Numbered from the stretch's first letter, positions 16,456-31,092 are shown. The stretch is 64,000 nucleotides of DNA from Dictyostelium discoideum (GCA_000004695.1 CM000150.2:4064001-4128000), one strand, 5' to 3'. Numbers and translations are program-made. Notes: generated from the sequence alone by a model not told the origin.

Positions 16456-18407
16456 ATTATAATTAATATTATTATTATTATTTTTTTTTTAAAATTGCAA
16501 TCTTTAATTTTTATTTTATTTTATTTTATTTTATTTTATTTTATTTTATTTATTTTATAAAGTACAAAAAAAACAATACAATTATAAATAAATAAATAAA
16601 TATACGAAAAACTTAAAAAATAGAACAAAATTACTAATATCCAATAAATAATTTAAATTATTTTTTTTTTAAATTTTTAATTTTTGAAATAAAATAAAAA
16701 AAAAAAACAAAAACAATGATTTTTAGATATATTTTAAAAATAGAAAAAAGTAAAAAAATTTTAAATTGTTAAATTGATTTTTTGATTTTTATTTTAAAAA
16801 AAGAACGAATTAATAAAATTAACTTTTTTTTTTTTTTTAAATCTTTTTTTTTTTTTTTTTGTTTTAAGAAAAAAATAAAATAAAAAAAAATAAAATAATT
16901 AATAATATAAAATAAAAAATTTATTTTAAAACAATAATTGATTTGTGTTCTTACCCATAGTTCAAATTCTTCATATATTCAACACTAGATTATTCCAAAG
17001 GGTAGGTTATTTTAGTTGTTAAGTAAAAAATAATATAGAGTGGAGAGAGTAATATTAAATTAAAATATCATAAAAAATAGTAATTATGATTATTTGCATT
17101 TGATTCAAACACATACCAACATATAACCACATATATTTATACATTTAAAAAATGGAATTTTATTAAAAATTCATAAAAATAAATCTAAATAAAAAAATGA
17201 TGATTTTTCATATTTATCTTTCAAATTTTCAAAGGAAATAATAATGGTGGTGTAAAAAATGGTAAATGGTTTGGTAATTTTCGGAAAAATTATTCACACA
17301 CCCCACACACAAAAATAAAAAATATTTTTCATTCAAATCCAAGTAAATACCTCTAATACACATCCGATACCCCTTTTTTATCAATTTTATATAGATTATG
17401 AGAGATAAAAAAAGATATTTCTCTTTGTTTAAAATATTGACACACAAAAATAAATATACACACTCACATCGAATGAACATATTCAAATTATTTTCTTTTT
17501 AGCTTGTGTCCAGGTATAAAATTATTGTTTGTAAGTGTGTGAATGTGTGGGAATTTTATTGTGTCATGTAGTGAGTGATATTATAAAGAAAAATAATTTA
17601 AAAAATAAATAAAAAATAAATAATTTTATAAAATAAATAAAAAAATAAGATATATATGTGTGTGGTTATATATGTATTACTATTTTAAATCTTTTTTAAA
17701 AAAAAAGGTTTAAGTATTGTTGAATGTGGGTGAATGGGTGGGGGTGGGTTAATAAAAGGTGGTGTGTGTTTTTAAGTAATTTGTAAGATTACTCAGTTAT
17801 CTCATTCATGATGATATAAAAAAAAAAAAAATAAAAAAAAAAATGGTTTGGGGGTTATTTGTATATTTTCGGTAACATTGTTTAGAAATAAATATAAATG
17901 TGTGAAGTAATGATATATACATATTTTAGTATACAAAAAAAGGTATATTAATATGATTAAGTGTACATGAGAATATTGGAATTTTTTAAAATAGTATATT
18001 CATTAATTTTAATTTATATTTACTCATTGTATGAATAAATATATAAGCATATAAGTGGTCATTCATAATTTTCCAATTAATTTCTTTTTATTATTATTAT
18101 TATTAATATTATTATATTTTTTTAAAATTGTAATAATTATTTTAAAAATTCAAATAATGATGTTTGACTTAAATATATATTTAATTTTTTTTTATTTTTT
18201 TACTTTTTTTTTTTTTGTTGAAATTATTAATATATATGGGTACTATTAGTACTAATTGATTATTAATTGCTTGACTTTTTTTTTTTTTATATGACCAAAC
18301 TATTAAATTAAATTATTAATAATATTTGTAGTTTTAATTTTTAATTTTTTTTTTTTATTTATTTAATAATAACATTATTTTTTTATTTTTTTTATTTTTT
18401 TATTTAT

Positions 18408-21400
18408 TTATTCATCCATTTCATTATCTTCTTCTTCATCTTCATCTTCATCTTCAATTTCAGCAGGTAAAATATTAATATTTAATTCATGTTCTTGATC
18501 ACAACCATTATAAGAATCAGAGAAAAGATAAAGTGATAATTGATGTTTACCAACAGCAGGAGTTGGGAATTCAAATTTAACCTTTGTTTTCTTTAGGAAA
18601 GTGATTCTTTTGATTGCTAATAAATGATTATTCTTTGAATCACCAATTAAAGCCCACCAACCACAAATCTTTTCTTTTGGATAGTAAGGAGCAGAGACAA
18701 CATTGATTGAATCATTGATTTCGATTGGGTTTTCTTCATCATCACCTAAATCTCTTTCGATAACCATTTCAACCGTCATAATTGAGTCAGCATGTAAATC
18801 ATCTTCATCTTGAACTTGATAGGAGATATCGATATCAGGATATTTCATAAAGGATTGAACGAGATCATTTGATTCTTGTTGTGAGAGATCTAATAACTGT
18901 ATACGACTATTGTCATCCAATGACATTAAATCGAAAACACTTTCAATACCTTGAGATGTGATTGCATCGATACGACGTTTATTCATATGTGGTAATTGTT
19001 TGAAAACACTATCACTATCCCACATTGCTTGAGTGATCATTTGAGATAATTCCATAGCAGCAATTGCAGGTTGTAACCAACTATTACTTGAGATAACATC
19101 CACAATCGCTTGAAGTAAACGAGTTGCATTCTCTAATATGAATTTCTGATCTTGATAAAGGTCAGCAGAGATTGATTCTCTACTGAAATGACATTGAAGA
19201 AGTACATTAACTTTGGTTGAAATCTCTTGATAGTTTGGCTTATCAATCTTTTGAGGTAAATGTGAAGCTAGTTTCATCAAAATTTGATCCTCACGATGAC
19301 GAATTGGTAAAGAGTTAAACTCTGGTGCATTTGAAATAATATCCATGATACCTCTACGACGAGTGGTTGACTTTAATGATGAACCAAACAATTCGATAGT
19401 TTGATATTTAAGATAGTAATAACTTGCAATGATACCTAAATTCAATGGGGAAACTTTATCTTGATCGTCTTGAATGGTGATACAATTTGATTGTTCTAAC
19501 TCCACCAATGTATTTTCAACCAATTCTGAAAGATGTTCAGATAGATGTAAATGTGATACACCGGATAGATTGTAATAATTTGGGTTTTGATTTAAACGAC
19601 GATATAAGAAAGTCCAAGTTAGGTAATCCAAAGCATCTTGTTTCTTTGTGATGGTTTTAGTTACAATCTCTGAATTGAATTGATCATGTAAACAATGATC
19701 TAAATGTGATTCAACTGGTAATGGTTCATTTAAAAACATTTTGTAATACTCTTTCTTTGGTGCATGACATAGTAATAAAACTTTGGCAACTTTATTACTA
19801 ATGACACCACCACCCTCTTGTTTGCCAGCACGACCAATCATTTGTAGGATATCATTGATTGGATAATCAATGTATCTAATGTCTTTGCCTTGATATAATT
19901 GTGTACCCATAATAACTACCAATTGTGCAAAAACATTATCTAATAACCATGCGACTGAATGAGTTGCAATCAATACTCTTATTGAACCAGATCTAAATAG
20001 AATTTCAACTACACGTCTTTCTCTTTCGGTTAAACCATCATGATAGAATGCAACACCCATTTGAAGTGATTGTTTCAATGCAAATGAATCAACATCCTCT
20101 AGATAGGGTGTCAATACATGTTCTTCACAAACTAGATATGGTTTAGTTAAAGTATCCTCGAATGAACTAACATTTGCAATGATATCGGCTGCTAATGATC
20201 TTGATAACTTTCTTGTTGGTACGAATACAATTGATTGTTGATTCTTATTTTTGGCAACTTCATAAACTGTTGGTTTTGTCATTGCCAACATTCTTGCATT
20301 GAAATGTGGGAATTCGAAACCTTGAATTTGATATTCCACTGGTATTGGACGAACATTTGGATGGAAATTATAACAAGTTTGTGGTGTTGCACCAATCCAT
20401 AATACTAAATCTCTAGCGTTGGCAATGGAAGAGGATAAAGCAATCACACGAAGTGCATTACCAGTTTGTGTTGAAATGTAACGCATTCTTGAAACGACAA
20501 TCTCCATTGTTGGACCATATTCACCACCAATTAAATGTAATTCATCAACAATCAATAGATTGATAGATTGTAAAGCTTTACGTTGTTTCCATTTTCTAGA
20601 GAGGATATCCCATTTCTCACAATTTGTAACGATAATATTTGAACGATCTAAAATTTTATTATCAGTAACTGCATCACCAGTTAAATCAGAAACTACCAAA
20701 CCAAATGGTGATTTCACACCAAATTTGTTTGACCAATCCTTTAATCTAACAGAAGCTAAATCTTGCATTGGTGCTAAATAAACAACCTTTGCTTTTGGAT
20801 TTTGTTTGAAACATCTAATCAAAGCAATCTCTGCACAAACGGTTTTACCACTATTGGTTGGTGCAGAAATGAATGCATTATCATTGGATTGATACATACA
20901 ATTGAAGACTTGAGTTTGAATTGCATTGAAAATGGAGAAAGTTGGCTTAAAGATTGATTCAGCTTTTGGATCTTTTAAAACTTGAATTGGTAATGGTTGA
21001 AGATCTAACAAAGGTCTACATGGTGGATATTTCTCTGGTAAAATTAAATGTTGGAAACTGATTGGTAATGAATATTCTGCACCAATCCAATGATCACTAA
21101 TAACACGTACATAATATTGTGGTGGTAATGGTTGTGATAATGGTACGGTGAAACTAACCAATTGATCCTCACCATTGACCATCTTTTTCTTTAATGAGAA
21201 ATACTCAAAGTATAGAATTCTCTCACCATCCACATCCTCAACTATAATCCACCAACCGATTGAATTGTTATGATAACGTTCATCATACTGAAAATCGGGA
21301 GTAATTGATAATTCAACCCTTAAAAGGCCATGTAAAATTGGTTGAACATGTGCAGTTAAATCTAATTTTGGGAAATTATGAATTAAATCGAATAATTGTT

Positions 21401-24400
21401 TACCTTCGGATGGATTTTGAATTGCATTACCAAGTTGTTGAGAATTATATTCGTAGAGATCTTCAATTGGGATACCTCTTCTCTCGAGTTGATTCAATAC
21501 TTTTGGAGAGATCTTGTGGAATTGACGTAGTGGTGATTGTGATGACCACATTTTACTATCGATCATTTTTGCAAGGTTAAGTATTTTCTTTGCCAATTGT
21601 GCCCAACCTTTCTTTAGAACAATTTCAAACAATGCTCTTGTAATACGTGATGCAGATTGTGCAATATAAAACATATCGACCACCAATGCAAAACCATCCA
21701 ATTTCAAATTACTAATATAGGTTTGTAATAAAACATTGATCTTTGAGGAAGGTTCTTCTATATTCTCTTTGATTGGAATTGGTACACGTTCTAGTAATTT
21801 CTCTAATTCGAATTTTTCACCCTCTCTAACAACGACATTTTTAAATTCTGAAGAGAGTGAGAAAACACGAAGTAATTCGATATCAGACATTGAAGGTTTC
21901 AAATGTTCTTGATAGATTGACATTGATGAATTGGTGATATAATAATGTGATGCGACTTTACCCAATTCTGTCGATTGTAATTTACCTGATTTTCTATCAT
22001 ACTTTATGAGGGAATTCTTTTCTAAAATAGTTGCAGCTGAATGAACTAAATCTAGACGACGTTGTTCCAACAATGGGTCCTTTTCAAAGTCATCATAGGA
22101 TATCTCGTAAAGTGGTGGATTTCTAATCATACAAATGTAAAGATAAGTATAGCCTAACCAATTTACAGCATCACGTACGGTTTGAATTGAACCCAATACA
22201 ATCTCTGCATTTAAATTATCGGCTATTCTACTAATGAATTGACTCTCGATTGAGAGTTGAGTATTTAACAAAGAGAGATAGAATTGAAGTTCATGTTGAC
22301 TAGTGATAATTATACCCTCACCTTCTTTATCAAAAGGTGGACGACCTGCTCTACCCAACATTTGAGTTACATCCAATGGTGATAATTCACACCAACCTTT
22401 CTCTGGATTATAAATTTGTGTACCTTTGATGATTACAGTATGTGCTGGTAAATTTACACCCCATGCTAAAGTAGCAGTTGAAATGAGTACTTGAATTCTA
22501 TTATCCCCGAAAAGATCTTCAACCAATGAACGATCGGATCTTGATAGACCAGCATGATGTATACCAATACCATAGGGTAAAAGATCTTTTAACTCTGCAT
22601 TTTGAATTTGTTTTGATGCTGTTGCTCTCAAGATCTCTCTAGATGCTGGATCTCTAATATATCTATCTATCGATTGATCTTCGACGGCACGATCACGTAA
22701 ATCCTTACCTGTCTTTGCAGTTTCACGACGAGAATGAACGAAAATTAATATTTGATGATCACCAACTCTTTCTGATACTTTTGTGAATGTAATGTCATTG
22801 CAACGTTGTAATTGTTTAATACCTCTATCAGAGATACCAATGTATTGTTGCTCCAATGGTATTGGTCTATAGGATGAGTCAAAGTAGAACACACCATCGG
22901 GTTCAACACGTAAAAAGGTTGCAACATCTTCATAGTTTGGTAATGTAGCTGATAAACCAACCAAACGTACCATTTGTTGAGTTGATTCAATCATACGCAA
23001 TGTTCTTGCAACGATGCACTCCAACACAGGTCCTCTTTCATCATGAAGTAAATGAATCTCATCGATAATGATTAACTTCACCAATTGAGTGTATGCACGG
23101 TCACCTGACTTTCTAGTGATAATATCCCATTTCTCTGGTGTTGTCACAATGATTTGAGTCTCTGAGATTTGTTTATTAGTTAATGATTGATCACCAGTGA
23201 GCTCATTCACTACGATGCCATAGGATTTCAAACGTTTACTGAAATTACCCACCATCTCCTGTACGAGTGATTTCATTGGTGCAATGTAAACAATCTTAAA
23301 GGCATCCAATCTGATCTTACCACTATCTCTATCACGATTCTTTCCAATTTCATGTAGAATAGTTAACATTGCAACATTAGTCTTACCACTCGACGTTGGT
23401 GCACTCAACAATAAATTATTATCAGTCTTGAATGCACAATCAAATAATTTACTTTGAACTCTATTTAAACTCTTTACACCAGACTCTTCAAATGGTAATC
23501 TTGACCATTCTGGTAACTCCTCAATCGATATCAAACGTTCATTTGGATTAAATGGTGGATTTGCTCTTGCTGGTACATGAATCTCTTCAAATCCTTTATA
23601 TTGTTCACGTTTACTACCTTTTGGAAATTTAAATTCTTTATTTGTCATTAAATGACTACCTTGTTGAAATGATAATTCTTCTAAATTTAATAATTTTTTT
23701 GGTTTTTTAATTTCATCTTGTTGTTGTTGTTGTTGTTGTTTCATTTCAACATCTTTTTTATTTGATTCTGTTTTTTCTATTGTTTTTTCTGTTGTTGCTG
23801 CTGTAACTTCATTACCCTTTAATCTATTCAATATACTTAATGTTACTGGATTACTTGACATTTCATCTTCAATTTTTTTTCTTTCTTGATCGTTCTCTGC
23901 TTTTGCTAATAATGTACAATATAAAACTAAAAAAAAAAAAAATGTTAGTAAAAAAAAATTAATAAATTTTAATAAAATCAATTTGAAAAAAAATACTTAC
24001 TAGTTTGTTTATTATTTATAATTAATTTTAAAAAATCTAATTTATCAATTGTAAAAAGGTCAACTAATTGTTGTTCACATCTTCTAACATTTGGTTGACG
24101 TAAAATATTTAAAGTTTTCTCTGCTAATTGTTTTGATAAATCATGATCTCTTTCAAATTCACTAATTTTTCTTTGAATCCAAAATGAATCGATTTCATTT
24201 GGACTAATTAATTTACTATTATTATTTTTATCATCTTTTGTATTTTTTGTATCTGGTTTTTGTGATTTATTATTATTATTATTATTCTCTTTAATTTTTT
24301 GATTTTCATCATCATCATTATTATTTTCATCTTTAGTTTGAATTTCAGAATCTTGAGCTTCACTATCATTATTATTATTATCATCAACTTCATTATTATC

Positions 24401-25294
24401 AACATCATCATCATCATCATCATCATCTCTAATTTCAAAATCACTTAAATTCTCTTCTTCCTCTTCTTCATCAATAATGACAGCAACACCTTGCTCATCA
24501 TCTAAAGAATCCATTGATTGTTGTTGTTGCTGTTGTTGTTGTTGTTTTGCTAATTCGCTATCTTTGAAATCTGTAATTTGTTTACCAAGTTGAGTTAATT
24601 CAGCAAATGATACATCATTTAAACCTTTTAATAATTTTGAAATTTCAATTTTCTTTTCAGGTGCACGAATTGTATCGTCCTTTAAGATTGATAAAATTTC
24701 ATCCAATGCGCCTTTAACGACTTCAGTTGGTTGATCACCAACATAACGTTGAATAAATGTTAATAATGTTTCATAGGTTATACGAGTTTCTTTGGTTTTT
24801 GGTTTATATAATCCTTGAAATGATTCAGTTGCTGATAAAATATCAATTGGTTTTTCATTATTATTATTACCATTGGATTTTCTATTGGTTGATTTCTTTT
24901 CCAATGGATTTTGATTCTTTACTTTTTTAGTGGTTGAATAGGTATCATTGGATGAATTTACATCACCACCTTCCTTTTCAATGGTTTTTCTCTTTAAATT
25001 TTGCATCTTTTCTAATAATTCCAAAGGTTTTGAGTAGTTAACTCTATCTCCCATTTCACCTCTTAATCTACCCCATAATGTTTCTGGTTCACCCTTTGGT
25101 TCTTTTAATTCACTTCTATTTCTTTCTGAATAAAATACTAAATTTGAATTCTAAAAAAAAATAAAGAATAAAAATAAAAATAAAAATAATTAAAATTAAA
25201 ATTTATAAGTTGAGAGTTAAAAAAAAAAATAAAAAAAATAAATACTTACTTCTTTATATCCATATTGTTTTGATCTTGCTAATTCTTCAGACAT
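18408..25294 (-). CDS. ascc3l: U5 snRNP 200-kDa helicase Brr2 / ASCC3-like: tandem Ski2-type DEAD/DEAH helicase cassettes each followed by a Sec63 domain. Three exons, about 2237 aa
   Basis: complement(join(18408..23926, 24001..25150, 25250..25294)). Exon 1 gives MSEELARSKQYGYKE, then NSNLVFYSE..., matching the human SNRNP200 N-terminus (ARSLQYEYKANSNLV). [20 protein letters not shown] matches [20 protein letters not shown]. There are two helicase cassettes (APTSSGKT...DEIHLL and APTNSGKT...DELHLI), and LYCTLLA is conserved across the second splice junction. Both introns begin GTAAGT and end TTTTTTTTTAG. The symbol comes from my recollection of the Brr2 homologue name in dictyBase. Confidence 0.9.
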
Positions 25295-25971
25295 GTTTTT
25301 TAAGTGAAAAAAAATTAATTAATTAATTAATAAAAAAACAATGTCCTATTTGTTTGTTTATAAATAAAAAAAACAAATATGTTGAAATGAAATTTTTTAA
25401 AATTTTCTGAAATAAAAAAAAAAAAAAAATGGAAATTAAAAAAAATAAAAAAAAAAAAAAAAAAATTTAAAACAACGGTTTTTCATTTGTTGAATTTTTT
25501 CAAATGTGATCTTGAACTTCCCCATTTCTGTTTTTAAAATTTTTTTTTTAATTATCTTATTAAATTTTTTTCTTTTTTTCATAATTTAAAATTTTTCTTT
25601 TTTGGAATAATAATAATAATAAAACATTGGAAAAAAAGGTTTATAATAAATTTAATTTGGTTATCCTTACATTTTTTTTATTTTTATTTAACATTTCTTT
25701 ATTTAAAAAAAAAAAAAAAAAATAATAAAACTAAAATTAATAAAAAAGGAAAATAAAAAAAAAAAGGATTTAATAACAATTTCATTGCAACCATCAATAA
25801 ACGAATCGGGAAATTAAAAATAAACAAAAAAATAAAAATAATTCAAAAATAAAAAAAAATAAAATAAAAAAAAAAAAATTAAAAAAAAAAAAAAAAAAAA
25901 AAAAATCGCATTTTCATTAATTAAAAAAAAAAAAAAAAGCCCAATAATTATAGTTTTTATATATATATATA

Positions 25972-26727
25972 ATGAACAATGAAAACATAGAATCAATGGA
26001 TATTGAGCCTCCACCACCACCACCTTCACCACCACTTACAACAATAACATCATCATCATCGTCATTATCATTATCTTCATCATCATCAAACTTTAACAAA
26101 GAAGAATTAAAACTTTGGGTTGGTAGTTTACCAGATGAAGTAACAGAGTTAGAATTAAGAGAATTCTTTTCAAAATATTCAATTAACGAAATTAAATTAA
26201 CAGAGAATTCAAGTATACAAAAACAAAATGCATTTGTAACATTTTTCGATAAAGAATCAGCAAATAGAGCACGTGAAGAATTATCTCAACAATTATTTAA
26301 AAATCAAAGATTAAAAATCAATTGGGCAAGTGTAAAACCACAAAAATATTCTGATATGCCTGTAATAACAACAACAACAACGCCAACACCAACAACACCA
26401 CCATTAACAGCAACAGCAATAGCAATACCAACAACAACAGTATCAACACCACCTCATCATATTTCACAATTACATACGAAAACAATTCATATGGACCCAT
26501 ATAATAGTTTGAGTCATTATGGTACGGGTATTCATCATCATTATACTCATCCACAACCACCACAAACATTTTCAACTGGTTATCATTCAGTTTATTATGG
26601 TAATAAAGAAACTAGTGGTAAAGATAGTACTGAAACTAATAACTCCTCTGTAAATAATAAAGCATACCCACCAACACCACCAACCACAGTTTACCACCAC
26701 CACCACCACCACCACCACCACAAATGA
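25972..26727 (+). CDS. RNA-binding protein, N-terminal part: RRM1 (LWVGSLPDEVTELELREFFSKY...AFVTFFDKESANRAREEL) then T/P/H-rich low complexity. The frame ends in a (CAC)n tract
   Basis: ORF-track ORF in frame 1. Its stop TGA at 26725..26727 overlaps the ATG of the next ORF. See the finding on the frame break. Confidence 0.6.
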   Translation: MNNENIESMDIEPPPPPPSPPLTTITSSSSSLSLSSSSSNFNKEELKLWVGSLPDEVTELELREFFSKYSINEIKLTENSSIQKQNAFVTFFDKESANRAREELSQQLFKNQRLKINWASVKPQKYSDMPVITTTTTPTPTTPPLTATAIAIPTTTVSTPPHHISQLHTKTIHMDPYNSLSHYGTGIHHHYTHPQPPQTFSTGYHSVYYGNKETSGKDSTETNNSSVNNKAYPPTPPTTVYHHHHHHHHHK

Positions 26728-28037
26728 CAACAACATCAACAACAACTGTTGTATCAACACCACCACCACCTCATACACATCCACATACACATACACATCC
26801 ACACCCACACCCACATCCTCATTCATACCCTTACACTCATCAACATCATCCTCCCCCTCCTATTCCTATGCCCATTCCTATTCCTCTTCATCACCATCCA
26901 CATCATCCACATCATCCTCATCACCCTTCACCACCACCACCACCACCACCGCCACATTCATCACTTCATCATCATAGTAGTCATCATAGTAATCATCATC
27001 CAAAAATAATAAGTGATAATGATCCATATGTAAATAAAAAATTATTTTTGGGATCACTTGGTGATGAACCTGAAGAAGAAGTGCGTTATAGGTTTAGTAG
27101 ATTTGGTGAGATCGATTGTTTCGATTTAACAAGTAAAGGTGTCGCATTTGTTCGTTATTTAAAGACTGAGAGTGCAATTATTGCAAAAAGAGAATTGGGA
27201 TATAGATATAAGATACAATACGATAAAAGAGAACCAAGAGATCATTATCATTTCGATCCAAATGGACCATCTTCGTTCATTAGTGGTGGTGCTAGTCAAT
27301 ATTATGGTCCTGATTATTATTCTAAACAACAACAACAACCACAACAACAACCACAACAACCACCACTTTCATCTTCGACTTCGTCATCATTGTCATCATC
27401 TTCTTCACATCCAACACCACCACAACCATTACCATTACCATTACCACCATTACCACCAACGTCATCATCTTCCTTATCTACATTTTATAATGAACCTTTA
27501 TCAACAGAGGAATATAATCAATTTTTATTATTTTTAGAAAAATTACAACCAACTAGATCATTAATTAAAGTTTGTATATTCAAAAATAGTTTTAAATTAT
27601 TATTATCATCATCATTATTATTATTATTATAATTATTATCATCATAAATCCTAATATATATATGTACAACCCCACACATTCAAATATAGGAATCAAAAGA
27701 TTGGTTTATTTTACATTTAAAGAGTGGTAAACCAATAATTCAATTAATGAGCAAATATATTAATAATCAATTAACATTGACAACCGTTCAAAATAAGATT
27801 GAAATCATCTATTTAATCAATGATATTCTTTATTTTGGTGCATCAAGAAGGGGAAGTGAACAAAGTGATCAAATCTCTGATTTATTTGAACCATTTCTAC
27901 CAATTATTATTACTTCTTTCTCTAAAGAACCAATTCAAGTTCAACAAAAATTATTTCATGTATTGGATATTTGGGATTCAAGATATTTTTATCCTTATAA
28001 AGTTATTCAACATTTTAAAAATTTATTAAATAAATAA
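26658..28037 (+). CDS. Same RNA-binding gene, continued in frame 0: His/Pro-rich tract, RRM2 (KLFLGSLGDEPEEEVRYRFSRFGEIDCFDLTSKGVAFVRY), then after a phase-0 intron (27570..27689, GTTTGT...ATAG) a CID/RPR-like C-terminal domain (KIEIIYLINDILYFGASRRG); join 26724..27569, 27690..28037
   Basis: Frame 0 is open from 26658 (the first Met is at 26724). The splice joins ...PTRSLIK to ESKDWFILHLKSG.... The last exon ends TAA at 28035..28037. The RRM and CID motifs were recognised by eye. Confidence 0.55.
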
Positions 28038-28099
28038 AATAAAAATAAAAATAATAATAATAATATCTTTACCATTATCATTTGTATTTGATTTTAAAT

Positions 28100-28131
<32 letters not shown>

Positions 28132-28192
28132 TATTACTATTAAAATAATTTATATGTATTGTTTTTTTTTTTATTTCTTTTTTTTTTTTTTT

Positions 28193-28792
28193 TTATAAAT
28201 ATGATACTGTTAGTGGTACATCATTGGTATGACCCATTGATACAACACTATCTAACATCATTGTATATAAATATAAAATTTTTTCTACTGATTCAGGACT
28301 TTTAGCCCAAATTGATTCCTCGTTTGAATCAATTTCTAATACCAATTGATAAGTACCATTTGGGAATTCTAAATTTGTACGACCTTCTTTACAACCTACA
28401 ATACTATCTTTTGATAAAGCTAAATCAATTGGACAATCATTGAAACCAATTGATGGTAATAATTCAGTCTTTAAACGTGTTAAAGCCTCTTTTAATAATA
28501 AACATTTTCTTACATTATCACCATTTTCATTAACGCTATTATTATTACTATTATTATTATTATCTTCATTTGTATTGATCCAATTTGTAAATTCTTTATT
28601 TTTATCATTACCAACTGTCGTTATAAAAATTTTATCAAAATCACAATCTGCTTTAACTTTACCAGTTGTTAATAATCTATCTAATGTTGAATGAATACTT
28701 TCAAAAGAAAATGTAAATTCGCTTGATAATTTAATTGGTGTCTAAATTAATTATTATTATTATTATTTTTATAATTAGGATAAATTAATAAA

Positions 28793-28832
<40 letters not shown>

Positions 28833-29572
28833 ATAATATTAAATTTAATATTATTATAATTATTTACTTTAATTTTTAAAATGAATGATGGTTCATTATC
28901 TTTATTTTGTGGTTCAATTCTTTCAACGATTGTACTAATCCATTGATTTTTATAAAGTATATGAATTGGACCAATTGAAGTATCGTCATCAGTTAATACT
29001 GGGAAATCTCTTTCATCTCCATTATCATCAGTTCTAAAGAGTTTATTTTCTTTTTCTTTTTCTTTTTCTAATCTTTCCTTTTCTATTTGTTCTTCTTGTT
29101 TTTGCTCTGTTACATATTGATCTTTAGCTGAAATCATCTCTTTAATTAATTGTTTTCTACTTGCTGATAATGGTAAATTTAAATCTAATTTATATTGTGA
29201 TTGTGGTGTTGAAGTTGGCTGTTTTTGTTTTTGTTGTTGTAATAAAATTGCTCTTTCATCTTCATATTTAATTGGTTTAATTAGTGATGATTCTATTCTT
29301 TTTCCAACTAATTTACAACTTAAAACACACCAACATTTTGGTTTTGGTGGTATTGAAGTGGTTGGTATATCTAAAATATTTGGAGTTGCTGTTGATGGTG
29401 ATGATGTTATTGGTGGTGGTGTTTGTTGTTTATTCTTTGGGTCAACTTCTTCATCCAAGTGTGGTGAGGTTGATGTACTACTAAAATCTCTTTTTGTATT
29501 GATTGTATTATTAAAAAATTTATTTGAATTAATTTTTAATTTTCTAATTTTTATTATGTTATTACTAATCAT
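28193..29572 (-). CDS. Two-exon hypothetical protein, about 418 aa (complement(join(28193..28741, 28868..29572)))
   Basis: The upstream ORF (S/T/P-rich then KE-rich coiled segment) ends at ...FILKIK followed directly by GTAAAT. The intron is 28742..28867 and ends TTTAG. The downstream exon TPIKLSSEFTFSFESIHSTLDRLL...SIGFNDCPIDLALSKDSIVGCKEGRTNLEFPNGTYQLVLEID...VSYL stays in phase and stops at 28193..28195. Confidence 0.5.
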
Positions 29573-29668
29573 TTTATATAAATGTATATATTGTTTTATT
29601 TACAAATATCAAATATCAAAAAAAAAAAAAAATTATGAAAAAAAGAAAAGTTTTTTTTTTTAAAATTG

Positions 29669-29711
<43 letters not shown>

Positions 29712-30260
29712 TAAAAATTATGTATTTGTTTCTTATTTACACCCTTATTTGAAACATTTTTTTTATATTTTTTTTATTTTTTTATTTTTTTTTTTTATTT
29801 TTTTTTTATATTTACTTTATAATATAAAAATTGTTGTTATATTCAAAAAAAAATTATTTGCACTATAATTGGAAAAAAAAAAATGAAAATTAAAAAAAAA
29901 AAAAAACAAATAATTAATTAATTTAATAAATTTTTTTTTTTTTTTTCTTTTTTTATTATAATCATTAAAATAGAAAAATATATATTTTTGATTTATTAGA
30001 TATATTGTATCTAAAATGTGTGCCATAAATCTTTTTTTTTTTTTATTTTAATTTTCATTTTTTTTTTAATTTTTTTTTTTAATTTATACATTTGTTATTT
30101 CTAGGAAATCAAAATAATTTAATATTTAAATCATAGTTTAAAAAAAATAAAAAAATAAAAAACATTTTTTTAAAAAATTTTCAAAACTAACAAATAATTA
30201 ATTCCCACAGCAACATTATTACTTAATTCAGTAAGGGATCTTTTTTTTTTTTACACACAA

Positions 30261-30300
<40 letters not shown>

Positions 30301-30303
<3 letters not shown>

Positions 30304-31092
30304 AGTTTTTCACAAAAAAAAAAAATTCACTCACTCCTCCAAAAATCAAACCAACAAACATTCAATGATAATATTTTAAATAATGACAACAACAACTACA
30401 ACAACAACTACAACATTGAAAATGGTATTGGTTTAATAGATGTATCATCATTTACAAATCTCTCAACTCCATTCTTAACATTTAAAAAAGATGCATTTTC
30501 AATTCCACCATCCGTATCTCCACCATTGTCACCAAGTCTTTCATTTGTTATTGCACCAACTCCGATTATTGCCTCTCCAATTGCTTTGTTGTCTTCATCG
30601 GTATCAAGTACACCATCTACCTCTCCATTTGCTTCTCCAATTAAACACTTTCAAGATCCTACTGATTCTAATTTAAATTATAACAATAATAATAATAATA
30701 ATAACAACAACAATAATAACAACAACAACAACGATAATAATAATAATTATAATAATAATAATAGTGGTACCTTTAGCTTTTATGATAGCATAAATAACAA
30801 CAATAATACTCAAGGATATTATTATTCTAATGGTTCATCATTATCATTATCATCGTCTTCATCATTATCATCTCAAAACTCTGGATACAGTGTTGAATCA
30901 TTCTATTCACCATCAAATTCATACTCTCCTTTTGATGATAGTATTCTCTCCCCTTCTTTGTGCTTAATTTCTCAATCTCCATCTCAGTTTTTATCATCTC
31001 ATTCACCATTTCAATCATTTTCACCACCACCAACACCATCACCATGTACTATTCATAATAACTTTAACAACAGCAACATTAATAAACAATCA

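Noticed and set aside
17229-17486. ORF 17229..17486(-), 85 aa
   Set aside because: It lies in the AT-rich spacer between two genes, has no splice or homology support and poor composition, and is more likely to be chance.
24208-24444. ORF 24208..24444(-), Met/Ile/Lys-rich
   Set aside because: It is an alternative-frame reading of the acidic and poly-Asn segment of the Brr2 homologue's second exon.
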